NCBI GenBank assembly: GCA_048937405.1
Contig: JBHLNF010000001.1
Span: forward strand, 32,001 to 96,000
Length of the DNA: 64,000 bases
Source: Promethearchaeota archaeon
Lineage (GTDB): Archaea > Asgardarchaeota > Lokiarchaeia > Sigyniarchaeales > SOKP01
Direction: 5' to 3'
Shown: positions 19,952-29,880 of the stretch, one piece after another
How positions within the stretch are numbered: position 1 is the stretch's first letter
Layout of the letters: each line of letters opens with the position of its first letter
Translations under genes and position numbers: made by a program
The notes under the pieces: generated by a model
Told to the model about the DNA's origin: nothing
The model's input: the letters and a program-made list of their open reading frames with translations, nothing else
Databases searched by the model: none

Positions 19952-22900
19952 ATGTCCAAGAAAATAGCATTTGAAGTGCAAGAATTATATAATAAAGCAG
20001 AAGTTCTTATTGAGAAAAAGAAATATGAAGAGGCACTATCAATTCTAAATAAGGTGTTAAATATCGAACCTGAATATGCTGATGCAATGAGTAAAATAGG
20101 AACTGTACATACATTACTCATTTTCAAGCAAATGTCAAAAGAAGAAGTCATTAAACTTTCCGAGAGAGCATTAGAGTTGAATAATCATTCTCCAGTAGTA
20201 TGGACACAAATGGGAATAGCTCATATGATAAAGATTGAATTTGATAAAGCAATCACATGCTTTCAAAAAGCTATTAACCTTAAACCCGATTACTCTAAGG
20301 CTTGGAATGGAATGGGAGTTGCTTATTTAACCTTAAAAAAATATGATATAGCGATTGAATGTTTACAAAAAGCAATTACTATCAAACCAGATTACGCCAT
20401 GGCATTTAATAATATTGGATTGACTTATTTGAATAGAAAAGATTATGTTAGAGCACTCGAATACTCTCAAAGAGCAATAGATATCGATCCAGAAATATAT
20501 AATCCTTGGAATAATATTGGAATAGTCCATCTGAATAATAAAGCGTATAATAAAGCACTTAATTGCTTTCAAAAAGTAATCGATCTCAAACCAGATCACT
20601 TCCAAGCTTGGAATGGTATGGGAGTTGCTTTTTTAGCAATAAGAGAATACAATAAAGCGTTCGAATGCTTTCAAAAGACTATTGAGTTTAAATCTGATTT
20701 TTTCGCTGCGTGGAATAGTATGGGATCGATTTATATAATTAAGAAAGAATTTGATAAAGCACTCGAATGCTTTGAAAAAGCTGTTAAACTCAAACCTGAC
20801 TCTATCGCTTCGTGGAATAATTTAGGACTAATATACCTAAACCTAAAAAATAGTGATAAAGCACTTACCTGCTTTCAAAAAGTAATCGATCTCAAACCAG
20901 ATCACCTCAAGGCATGGAATAGCATAGGATTAATTTATAAGAGTAAAAAAAAATATGGTAAAGCTATTGAATGCTTAGAAAAAGCACTCGAATTTGATCC
21001 AAATATAATAAATCATGTTGCCTATCATTCACAAATAGGCTACTTTTATTTTCAACTAGGGCAGTTTGAAAAAACTATTGAAGAACAAAATAGATCTTTA
21101 GATCTTAAAAAGGATTACCCTCCTGCAATATGGGAAAAAAGCTTAGCGTATAGGAAGTTAAAAAAATATCAAAAGGCAGTGTTTTGGATGCAAGAATATA
21201 TAAAACTGAAACCTAAGGAGCATCTCGCTTATTATCAAATTGGATTAAATTTACGCAATCTTGGAAATTATAAAGAGGCCATTAAAGCCCATAACCATGC
21301 ATTAGATTTAAAAAAAGATTTTGCGGTTTCCATGTTTGAAAAAGGTAAGTTGTATATACAACTTGGGAATTTTAAAGAAGCAATAACGCCTTTGAGGGAG
21401 TATTTGACGTTAAAACCTAATGATCATTCAGCTTATTATCAATTAGGATATTGTCTACGTGAAATCGGACAATATGAAAAAGCTCTTCAGATACAAGATT
21501 GCGCATTAAAAATCAAGAAAGATTATATTCCTCCATTATGGGAAAAACATTATTCATACATACAGTTAGAAAAACATCAAGATGCAATTAATCAATTAAA
21601 AAAATCGTTAGAATTAAAACCTAATGACTTTTTGGCTTATTATTTAATTGCAGAAAGTTATATGAACCTAGAAAAATGGGGAGATTGCCTCGAAGCGATT
21701 AATAAAGCATTGGAGTTAAAACCAAGTGATAAAGATGCATTAATTCTGAAAAAACAAATTTCATTGGTAAAAAATATAAATGAAACTGATTCAATTGATG
21801 AAAAAATTAGATTAGCAATTGCTTTGGATGAAAATCAACCTGAACTTAAAATAAAAGATGGTATCGAAGAGATTTTAAAAGATTTCCGAAACTTTTTACG
21901 AGAGGAGGGACCTTCGATGAATGAGCTTTCTGAGGCATTAAAAATCGCAAAAGATATGGATTTCTCCTTAAAAGATGCATTTCAAAGTGAAGAATTTAAG
22001 AAAATGGTAAAGGATAATCCAGACATGAAGAATTTTTTGCAACCTTTATTAGAACAAATACAAGCAGGACCGGATAAAATATTACCGGGAAGTGATACAA
22101 AAATAATGAGAGAAATCTTAAAAGATAATGCTTTAGGAGGATTTGCAGAAGTTATGAGTGATGTTTCAGATCGTATGGCAGATATTGATGAAAGCATTAT
22201 AGCTATTGACGAAGCCATTCAAGAATATAGGAAGAAAGGTAATAATGAGATGGTTGCAAAATTTCTTTTGAAAAAAGGAAAAAATTTAATTGAATTAGGA
22301 GAAATCAATTCTGGGATAAATGCAATAGAGGAAGCTCTAATAAAGTTTGAAAAGTTAGGTAATAATAAGGGAATTGTAAAGAGTTTAATTGAAAAGGGGA
22401 AGTATGAAATATTTAATAAAAATTATGAAATTGCAATTTCTTATTTAGAGAGAGCAACTAAAATAGCTCAAAATATCAAAAATAAAAATTTAGTCTTATA
22501 CTGCTGCACATATGTCCTATTGGGATATTTGGAATCAGGAAAAATAGAAGAGTTAGTAAGGTTTTTCGCAGTTAACGAAAGGATCTTTGATAATTTCTTT
22601 AAAATGGAAGGGATAGAAGACCAAGAATTAATTCTTTTATATTTAGAAACTTTTGGTAGAGCATCTATGAAAATTTCCAAAGATTACGAAAATGCACTTA
22701 CAATTTTTCAAACAATGGAAAAATATGGAATAATTTTTTTTAAGTCAGTAGAGGTGGCAAAAGCACACTATTATGAGGGATTATGTTATCATAGATTAAA
22801 AAGATACTCCGAAGCGTTGATAGAATTTAATAAGGCGTTGGATCACATTCAAAAGCAAATCAAGGGAAAAGAATTAGATTTTAAAGCCGGAGTAGTAAAA

Positions 22901-23692
22901 TGTCCAAATACAACATGTAAACAAGATATTCAAATTAAGATAACAGGTATCACCGGAGCAATAATAGAAACCTGTACAAATTGTAACACACAATTTTCTT
23001 TATGGGTTACTGAACCCCAAATATCGAAATGTTATTTAACTGTTCTTTCTGATGATATTAAAGTTGAAAATAGTTCAATACATTCAATTTACTTACAAAA
23101 GAAGAAAGGGAGAAAAACAAGTACAAAAATTGCGAATTTATTAAATCTTGGTGCTATGATTACATCACAGATGGCTTTTTCTTATAAGGATAAAAATGAA
23201 TACCTTAATGCAGTAAAAACTTTTTTCCAAGCAGCAAGCATGTATCAGGCACTTGGATTAGTAGAACAAACTGAAATTAATTTAAATGAAACTCGAGGAT
23301 TATTTCCAAAAATCGAAATTAAGGACCAAGAATTATTAAACCATGAAATACAACGACTTTTAAAACAGACTCCTGAGAATTTAAGAGGTAGAGATTTTAC
23401 ATACATTTTCATTTCATGTCCAAATTGCGGTACCGAACATCAAATTAGAGCAAGTTTAACAACTGTAGCAGATGAATTCTGCTCTAAATGTCAAGTAAAA
23501 TTCTCAGTGTTTTATAATGACGAAACTCAAGAATTTTACACCAATATTTTAGAAAAACCGAAAATTAAAACATTAAGCCAAGCTGAGCGAAAAGAAACTG
23601 ATTTAGTTAAGTTCTGTGCAAGATGTGGACTAAATATAAGTATTATCGCACGATTTTGCACGAGATGTGGATTGAAAATAGTAAGAGAATAA
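19952..23692 (+). CDS. Large TPR protein (34-aa repeats) with shared C-terminal multi-Zn-ribbon module (paralogue 2)
   Basis: Repeated AWNxxG...A..CFQKAI.LKPD; same C-terminal module. Confidence 0.9.
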   Translation: MSKKIAFEVQELYNKAEVLIEKKKYEEALSILNKVLNIEPEYADAMSKIGTVHTLLIFKQMSKEEVIKLSERALELNNHSPVVWTQMGIAHMIKIEFDKAITCFQKAINLKPDYSKAWNGMGVAYLTLKKYDIAIECLQKAITIKPDYAMAFNNIGLTYLNRKDYVRALEYSQRAIDIDPEIYNPWNNIGIVHLNNKAYNKALNCFQKVIDLKPDHFQAWNGMGVAFLAIREYNKAFECFQKTIEFKSDFFAAWNSMGSIYIIKKEFDKALECFEKAVKLKPDSIASWNNLGLIYLNLKNSDKALTCFQKVIDLKPDHLKAWNSIGLIYKSKKKYGKAIECLEKALEFDPNIINHVAYHSQIGYFYFQLGQFEKTIEEQNRSLDLKKDYPPAIWEKSLAYRKLKKYQKAVFWMQEYIKLKPKEHLAYYQIGLNLRNLGNYKEAIKAHNHALDLKKDFAVSMFEKGKLYIQLGNFKEAITPLREYLTLKPNDHSAYYQLGYCLREIGQYEKALQIQDCALKIKKDYIPPLWEKHYSYIQLEKHQDAINQLKKSLELKPNDFLAYYLIAESYMNLEKWGDCLEAINKALELKPSDKDALILKKQISLVKNINETDSIDEKIRLAIALDENQPELKIKDGIEEILKDFRNFLREEGPSMNELSEALKIAKDMDFSLKDAFQSEEFKKMVKDNPDMKNFLQPLLEQIQAGPDKILPGSDTKIMREILKDNALGGFAEVMSDVSDRMADIDESIIAIDEAIQEYRKKGNNEMVAKFLLKKGKNLIELGEINSGINAIEEALIKFEKLGNNKGIVKSLIEKGKYEIFNKNYEIAISYLERATKIAQNIKNKNLVLYCCTYVLLGYLESGKIEELVRFFAVNERIFDNFFKMEGIEDQELILLYLETFGRASMKISKDYENALTIFQTMEKYGIIFFKSVEVAKAHYYEGLCYHRLKRYSEALIEFNKALDHIQKQIKGKELDFKAGVVKCPNTTCKQDIQIKITGITGAIIETCTNCNTQFSLWVTEPQISKCYLTVLSDDIKVENSSIHSIYLQKKKGRKTSTKIANLLNLGAMITSQMAFSYKDKNEYLNAVKTFFQAASMYQALGLVEQTEINLNETRGLFPKIEIKDQELLNHEIQRLLKQTPENLRGRDFTYIFISCPNCGTEHQIRASLTTVADEFCSKCQVKFSVFYNDETQEFYTNILEKPKIKTLSQAERKETDLVKFCARCGLNISIIARFCTRCGLKIVRE

Positions 23693-23750
23693 AAATAGGT
23701 GTTTAATTAATAATAAAATTTTGACTTTTCACTCACATAAAGGATAAAAA

Positions 23751-26018
23751 ATGGAAGATTCGAAAATTCTATGGAATAAAGCTCGAGAATATTATAAAAA
23801 ACATAATTATAGAGAAGCAGCTACAATTTTTCTCAAAGCAGCTCAAATCGATTTGAAAATGGGAAAAAGAAAAGAAGCTTTAGCAAAATTTACTTTTACA
23901 GGAGCATGTTTGTATAATATAGGAGAACTGGATGGAGCGTTGATGAATTATAAGAAAGCATTGGAAATTGCCGAACAATTGGGCGATAAAAAGGGAAAAG
24001 CCATTATAGTGAACAATATCGGGTTGATATTACAAGATAGGGGAGACCTGGATGGAGCATTGAAAAACTATAAGGAATCGTTGAAAATTGATGAACAATT
24101 AGGTAATTTGAAGGCAAAATCTACTAGATTAAACAATATCGGTTTTATTTTAAAAGAGAGGGGAGATCTGAATGGTGCATTGAAATATTATAAAGGCGCT
24201 CTAGAAATTGCTGAGAAATTGGGTGATAATGAGAATAAAGCAATATATTTAAACAACATCGGCTATATTTTACAAGATAGGGGAGATCTGGACGGAGCAT
24301 TGAGGTATTATAAAGAATCATTGAAAATCGACAAACAATTGGGAGGTTTAAAGGAAATTGCAATTGATTTGAACAATATCGGGTCTATATTACAAAATAA
24401 GGGAGACCTGGATAATGCTTTGCAATGCATTAAGGAATCCTTAGAGATTGCTGAACAATTAGGGGATAAAAAGTTAAAAGCTACAAGATTAAATAATATC
24501 GGTTTTATATTAAAAGATAGGGGAGATCTGGATGGAGCATTGAAGTATTATAAAGAATCGTTGAAAATCAACGAACAATTGGGTGGTTTAAAGGATATGG
24601 CAATTAATTTGAACAATATCGGGTTGGTATTACAAGATAGAGGGGATCTGGAAGGAGCATTGAAAAATTTTAAGGAATCCTTAGAGATTGCTGAGCAATT
24701 AGGGGATAAAAAGTTAAAAGCTGTTAGATTGAATAATATCGGGATAAATTTATACTCTAGAGGAGATCTGGATGGAGCATTGAAAAATTATAAGGAATCC
24801 TTAGAGATTGCTGAGCAATTAGGGGATAAAAAGTCAAGAGCTATTAGATTGAACAATATCGGACTGATATTACAAGATAGGGGAGACCTGGATGGAGCAT
24901 TGAAAAATTATAAGGAATCCTTGGGGATTGCTGAACAATTAGGGGATAAAAAGTTAAAAGCTGTTAGATTGAGCAATATCGGTTTTATAATAAAAAAGAG
25001 GGGAGATCTAGATGGAGCATTGAAATATTTTAAGGAAGCTTTGGAAATCGATAAATACTTAGGCGATATAAATGGAGAAGCCATAAGAATGAGAAATATC
25101 GGATTAATATCAAAAGATAAGGGAGATCTGGACGGGGCGTTGAAGTATTATAAGACAGCCTTGGATTTAATTCAAATACAAATAAAAGGAAAAGAGTTAG
25201 ATTTTAAGACAGGACAGATTTTTTGTCCAAATCCACCTTGTCAACATCCTATCCAGATCAAATTTGTAGGAGATTTAACGGTTTTTATTCAAACTTGTCC
25301 AAATTGCTTGACACAATTTTCAGTATGGATGACTGATCCTAGCAGTTCCAAATATATAATAAGTGTATTTTCAGAAAAAATGTTGGAACAGAGGAAAATT
25401 GTATCTGGAACAATAAATCTGCGGCATCAGTCAGGAAAAGAGACACAAACTACAATTTCAGAATGGTTGCATGATGGGGCGATGATCACTTCTCTTATTG
25501 CATATTGTTTAAAGCAGAAGGGAGATTTGTTAAATGCCTGTAGTTATTATTTTCAAGTAGCAAGCATGTATCAAGCACTCGGATTAATAGACAAAGTAGA
25601 AAAAAATTTAAAGTTACTTGAAAATTTATTTCCAGAGATTTCAGGGGAGAATCAAAACAAATTCTCTCATGATATAGCTCAGCTTCGCAAACAAACCTCA
25701 GAAACTTTAAGATCGAGAGATTTTATTTACATTTTTATTTCATGTCCAAATTGCGGTACCGAACACCAAATTAGAGCAACCATTACAACTGTAGCCTATG
25801 AGCTCTGCTCTAAATGTCAAGCAAAATTCTCAGTGTTTTATAATGAAGAAACTCAAGAATTTTACACCAATATTTTAGAGAAACCTAAATTCAAAACAGT
25901 AAGCCAACCCGAGCAAAAAGAGACTGATTTAGTTAAGTTCTGTGTAAGATGTGGGCTGAATGTTGGAATGATTGCTAAATTTTGTACGAGATGTGGATTG
26001 AAAATAGTAAGAGATTAA
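23751..26018 (+). CDS. TPR protein (40-aa near-identical repeats) with shared C-terminal multi-Zn-ribbon module (paralogue 3)
   Basis: About 11 copies of LNNIG.IL.DRGDLDGALK.YKESL.I.EQLG; same C-terminal module. Confidence 0.9.
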   Translation: MEDSKILWNKAREYYKKHNYREAATIFLKAAQIDLKMGKRKEALAKFTFTGACLYNIGELDGALMNYKKALEIAEQLGDKKGKAIIVNNIGLILQDRGDLDGALKNYKESLKIDEQLGNLKAKSTRLNNIGFILKERGDLNGALKYYKGALEIAEKLGDNENKAIYLNNIGYILQDRGDLDGALRYYKESLKIDKQLGGLKEIAIDLNNIGSILQNKGDLDNALQCIKESLEIAEQLGDKKLKATRLNNIGFILKDRGDLDGALKYYKESLKINEQLGGLKDMAINLNNIGLVLQDRGDLEGALKNFKESLEIAEQLGDKKLKAVRLNNIGINLYSRGDLDGALKNYKESLEIAEQLGDKKSRAIRLNNIGLILQDRGDLDGALKNYKESLGIAEQLGDKKLKAVRLSNIGFIIKKRGDLDGALKYFKEALEIDKYLGDINGEAIRMRNIGLISKDKGDLDGALKYYKTALDLIQIQIKGKELDFKTGQIFCPNPPCQHPIQIKFVGDLTVFIQTCPNCLTQFSVWMTDPSSSKYIISVFSEKMLEQRKIVSGTINLRHQSGKETQTTISEWLHDGAMITSLIAYCLKQKGDLLNACSYYFQVASMYQALGLIDKVEKNLKLLENLFPEISGENQNKFSHDIAQLRKQTSETLRSRDFIYIFISCPNCGTEHQIRATITTVAYELCSKCQAKFSVFYNEETQEFYTNILEKPKFKTVSQPEQKETDLVKFCVRCGLNVGMIAKFCTRCGLKIVRD
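23890..25170 (+). repeat. Coding tandem array of ~11 x 120-bp TPR units
   Basis: AACAATATCGG...GGGAGAYCTGGATGGAGCATTGA recurs every 120 bp (e.g. 24012, 24132). Confidence 0.9.
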
Positions 26019-26197
26019 GGATATTATCATGTTCTATTTTTACTTAAAGGCTTTATCGTATCCTTGAATAATGTTTATTTGATAATAATTTAAAAAATCT
26101 TTAAAGGTTAAGGCTATTATAATATAATCTAATTTATCCATTTTAATATCATTAAAGAGTAACACTGAATTTTGCATATACCCAAAAAAATCTTATT

Positions 26198-26938
26198 TCA
26201 TAAATAAGATTCACGTTCTTCTGTACTAATTTTTGCCTGCCCTAAATTATGTAAATCTTTTGAAGAGAAATTCTGAGCTAATAAATCCAAAATCATTTCT
26301 TTTAAAAATTCATTCTCTTTCCCTTTAGAAGAAAATTTATTTAATAGTGATTTTTCAAGGTTGTCAATTGCCTTCTTTTGAAGATTATTAAAATTTTCAA
26401 GTGACTTCTTTTGAGAATCGTTCAAATTTTTCATAGAATTTTCTAACGTTTTTTTTAGACCCTTAAACCACTCTTCTTGTTTTTCCTTCAAGCTTTTAAT
26501 TAAATTCTTTTCTTTTTTCTCCTTATCTTTACCTGCTTGGTTATCCTTAGTTTTTCTATTGAGAATTTTATCTTTAAACTTGGTTTGAGAAAGATTTTTC
26601 CATTTCTGGGTCGTAATTTTTTCGTTATTCATTTGTAAATCTTGAGGGTGATTTTCATGATTCTGAGTGTCCTTTGGGTGACTTTCTAATGACAAACTTA
26701 GAGATGATTTTTTCCATTGATGATTAGTAACTTTTTTTTGATCTGGTTTTTTTTTTTGGATTAGAGTTGTATTTTCTAGCAGGTTTTTGGATTTTTTATC
26801 AGTAGGCTTTTTTAAATTAGGACTTATTTTCTTTATATTTTTTATACCTGAATTTTTACTGGAAATCTTATTTTTTTTATAAAGAGTGGAATTATTAGTT
26901 TTTTTTTTGCTGGGAGTTTTACGCATTTTTTTATTCAT
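26198..26938 (-). CDS. Lys-rich protein with low-complexity N-terminus and coiled-coil C-terminus
   Basis: Composition and heptad pattern; co-oriented downstream of the HerA-like ATPase. Confidence 0.6.
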   Translation of the reverse strand: MNKKMRKTPSKKKTNNSTLYKKNKISSKNSGIKNIKKISPNLKKPTDKKSKNLLENTTLIQKKKPDQKKVTNHQWKKSSLSLSLESHPKDTQNHENHPQDLQMNNEKITTQKWKNLSQTKFKDKILNRKTKDNQAGKDKEKKEKNLIKSLKEKQEEWFKGLKKTLENSMKNLNDSQKKSLENFNNLQKKAIDNLEKSLLNKFSSKGKENEFLKEMILDLLAQNFSSKDLHNLGQAKISTEERESYL

Positions 26939-27034
26939 ATTTCTTAATCACTTACTTAAGTTTTTATAAAATAGTAAAAACTACTGATAAATTTGAGATA
27001 AACAATAAAAACTAAACAAAAAATTAAGAAGGGA

Positions 27035-29758
27035 TTATTTGTTTAAGACTAATCGATAATTGCATTTAGGACAGGATTTATGTACAATATCGATGATATT
27101 TTCACATTTTGGACAAATTATTTTTGAAACTGTTGTTAGTTCCTTGGTTTTTATATTTTTTGGAGTGTAGTCTGCTGTTTTAAATGAGAAATATTCCCCT
27201 GTAATCCCTCTATCTAGAACACAATATCGATTGGGTAATCTTATAATAGTCTCAATATTCTGTGGATCCTTTGTAAATCGCTCTGCACTACTTAAACTTT
27301 GATGCATGAGAAACTTTAACGAAGGCAAGGAAATCGCACTGTCATCTAAAATATCTGCTCGCTGATCAGCAATAAGAAATGATATCCCACGATCCCGAAA
27401 TTCTGCAAATATAATTTCAAAAATTGCAATAATTTGTTCACAAGCAATGTAATCATCACTTTTATGTTTACCTGGCGAAGTTAATCTCTTAAGAATTCTA
27501 TGTGCCTCATCAATTTCTATAAGATATTTTAATCCTTTAACTCCCGTATCTGGCGTGAGAGTTCTGATTGTCTGTAAAATTAGAATCGATAATAATCTTT
27601 GTTCCCATTCATTACAAGAGGTTAAATCTATTTGCACAATTTTACCATTTATCCAATCTTCATACCATTTCCCAACTTCCACATATGGATTTAAAGCCTT
27701 TAATAATACGGGATTCGATAGTTGGGTATTAATTCTTGTATTAAGAGCCGAAGTAATTTTTGCTCGATATCTATCATCATAATCGTGATCTTCGTCATAG
27801 AAATAATCTATTACCAGTGTTAATAATTCTACTATTGAATCTGGTGGACCTTCATTATTAATTATATAATTTTGAAGAACTTGTTTACAAGCATAAACCC
27901 CTTCTTCTTCAAATCCAATTGATCCCATGATTCCCTTACTAACTTGGACAATTTGTTTTTCCATTTTATCATTATCAAGAGGAATTATATATGGTAAAGT
28001 GAGATTTTTACCGAATTTATAAAATCTTTCAGCAGAGTAAATATTTTCCTCGAGTTCTCTTTTAAAGTTAATTATTAGGATCCCTACGTCTGATTTGACT
28101 TGAGAAATTGATTTACTAATATATCCCATAAAAAAACTCTTTCCTGTACCCATTCCTCCAATGAGATTTCCACCTTGAACAAAATCATCCACATTTATAT
28201 ATAAAATATTTTCTTTCAATCTGCCATAATCATCCCTCCATTTTCCTACCGCAAAGTTGGAATTCTTTTTTACATGTAATGGCCAATTTATCACTTGATT
28301 CTTTAATCCAATTGGAACATTTAAAGGCATTTTATCATTAAAAGTAAAATCAAACGAAATAGGTGTTAAATGTCGACCATTATATAATATTCCACGTAGA
28401 AAATCAGCTCTAGCCCCACATAGAATTCTTCTGATCTTAGCGGTTTTTTTCTCATTTTTAACAGCAATTTCTAAGGTTTTTATCTTACCTTGCAGAGCAT
28501 AAAATTCTGGATTTTTTATACTTAATTCCTTTCCTAAAATTTTATAATTAATGTATATCTTTATATGAAAAAGCTCATCTCTCCACATTTTGAGATATGT
28601 ATCTTTTTCAACTGAATCCTTATATTTTAAAGCAACTATTTTAGCCCTCTGTTCCAAAATTTTTTTTGGAAAAGCCTTTTTCCAGATAATAAGCAGCTTT
28701 GTCGTATCCCTCCCTTCTCCAAAAAGGGTTATCATCCTATTAATTAAATCAATACGATTATTATATGGTGCTTTAGGAAACTTAATTAACCACCATTTTT
28801 CTTTTTTATAAAGAAATCCTTTATCCACTTCAATATATTCTATTTTTCCGTCTAATCCTGCATATGTTGTTTTTAAATTAGTTAATAGTTGATTTCCCTT
28901 TTTGATGCCTTCAATTTTGGTACGAGTTTTAATTAAGAATGATATTTCAAATTGATCTTTATTAAGTATTATTTGAACTCGGTTAGATTTTCTGTGTTTA
29001 AAAAAATCCTGAAGCCACGTTTGGAATTTTTTCTTTTCAAGTTTATCTTCTCTACCTATTTGAGTTATTTTAACTTTAGTAAGCCAAAATAACGCTCGTT
29101 TCTTTCTCCTCCTCTTTAAATTTAATCCACTTTCTCTCAAAAATGAATTAGTAATCGTCTGTACTGTATGATAGAAAGTTATTAATCTTCCCGTAATTGG
29201 TCTATAACCTAAACTTACAATAGCACCTATAGCTAAGAGAGCATATAATCCAAAAACAAACTGGTTAAAGAACAAATGTAAAATGTAAAAATACCATCCT
29301 GATATAAAAATTAAATATAAATCTTTTCGATATTCATTCATTTTTAAAATTGAGATAAAAACTAGGATCCCTATAAATACTATAATTGTAGTGCCCACTA
29401 TAAAAGATAAAAATAATCCTGAGACAAAAATATGAGCAAAGATTAATACAATCACACTGTATATATAAAATGTCTTACCTTCTGATCGTTTATAAATAAT
29501 ATGATAAATCCAACTATACAAAAAAAGAATTAGTATCATCTCTATCTTGAATATATTAGATATAAACAGCTCTACTTCTTTAATTATAGTATGTTCAATT
29601 AAAATGAAGAATGAGATAAGCATGAAAATAGAACATAGATAAAATCCTAAAATATTTATAAACTCATATTTTTGCTTTTTATAATAGTAAATTGCTACAA
29701 AAATCATTATGATTAATGATATGATAAAAAGAGGATACAAGTAGTTTGAGAAGAACAT
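27035..29758 (-). CDS. Membrane-anchored HerA/VirB4/VirD4-like (FtsK-HerA superfamily) ATPase with C-terminal Zn ribbon
   Basis: About 6 N-terminal TM helices; Walker A GGMGTGKS; Walker B IEIDEAH; EFRDRGISFLIADQ; CPKC...CPKC. Confidence 0.85.
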   Translation of the reverse strand: MFFSNYLYPLFIISLIIMIFVAIYYYKKQKYEFINILGFYLCSIFMLISFFILIEHTIIKEVELFISNIFKIEMILILFLYSWIYHIIYKRSEGKTFYIYSVIVLIFAHIFVSGLFLSFIVGTTIIVFIGILVFISILKMNEYRKDLYLIFISGWYFYILHLFFNQFVFGLYALLAIGAIVSLGYRPITGRLITFYHTVQTITNSFLRESGLNLKRRRKKRALFWLTKVKITQIGREDKLEKKKFQTWLQDFFKHRKSNRVQIILNKDQFEISFLIKTRTKIEGIKKGNQLLTNLKTTYAGLDGKIEYIEVDKGFLYKKEKWWLIKFPKAPYNNRIDLINRMITLFGEGRDTTKLLIIWKKAFPKKILEQRAKIVALKYKDSVEKDTYLKMWRDELFHIKIYINYKILGKELSIKNPEFYALQGKIKTLEIAVKNEKKTAKIRRILCGARADFLRGILYNGRHLTPISFDFTFNDKMPLNVPIGLKNQVINWPLHVKKNSNFAVGKWRDDYGRLKENILYINVDDFVQGGNLIGGMGTGKSFFMGYISKSISQVKSDVGILIINFKRELEENIYSAERFYKFGKNLTLPYIIPLDNDKMEKQIVQVSKGIMGSIGFEEEGVYACKQVLQNYIINNEGPPDSIVELLTLVIDYFYDEDHDYDDRYRAKITSALNTRINTQLSNPVLLKALNPYVEVGKWYEDWINGKIVQIDLTSCNEWEQRLLSILILQTIRTLTPDTGVKGLKYLIEIDEAHRILKRLTSPGKHKSDDYIACEQIIAIFEIIFAEFRDRGISFLIADQRADILDDSAISLPSLKFLMHQSLSSAERFTKDPQNIETIIRLPNRYCVLDRGITGEYFSFKTADYTPKNIKTKELTTVSKIICPKCENIIDIVHKSCPKCNYRLVLNK

Positions 29759-29880
29759 GATATTCTTAGCTTTTTATTTTAGACTTTAAAAATATCAATA
29801 AAAACACAGATAATTTTCTTGACTTTAAATAATCAAATTATAATAATTTGACAAGAAATTACTAAAAACATTGAAAAAAA

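Larger units (their letters stand above)
16857..26183. mobile_element. Non-autonomous TIR-bounded cargo element (IS256/Mutator-like ends), 9327 bp, no transposase
   Basis: Left end GGGTGGATACAAAGTTCAGTG (16857-16877); right end reverse complement GGGTATATGCAAAATTCAGTG (26163-26183), 17/21 identical; AAAAAAAT directly flanks both ends (16849-16856, 26184-26191); cargo is on +, flanking operon on -. Confidence 0.7.

Noticed and set aside
18146-26018. Diversity-generating retroelement behind the similar 3' ends of the TPR genes
   Set aside because: No reverse transcriptase or non-coding template repeat; the differences do not look adenine-specific; ordinary paralogy explains it.
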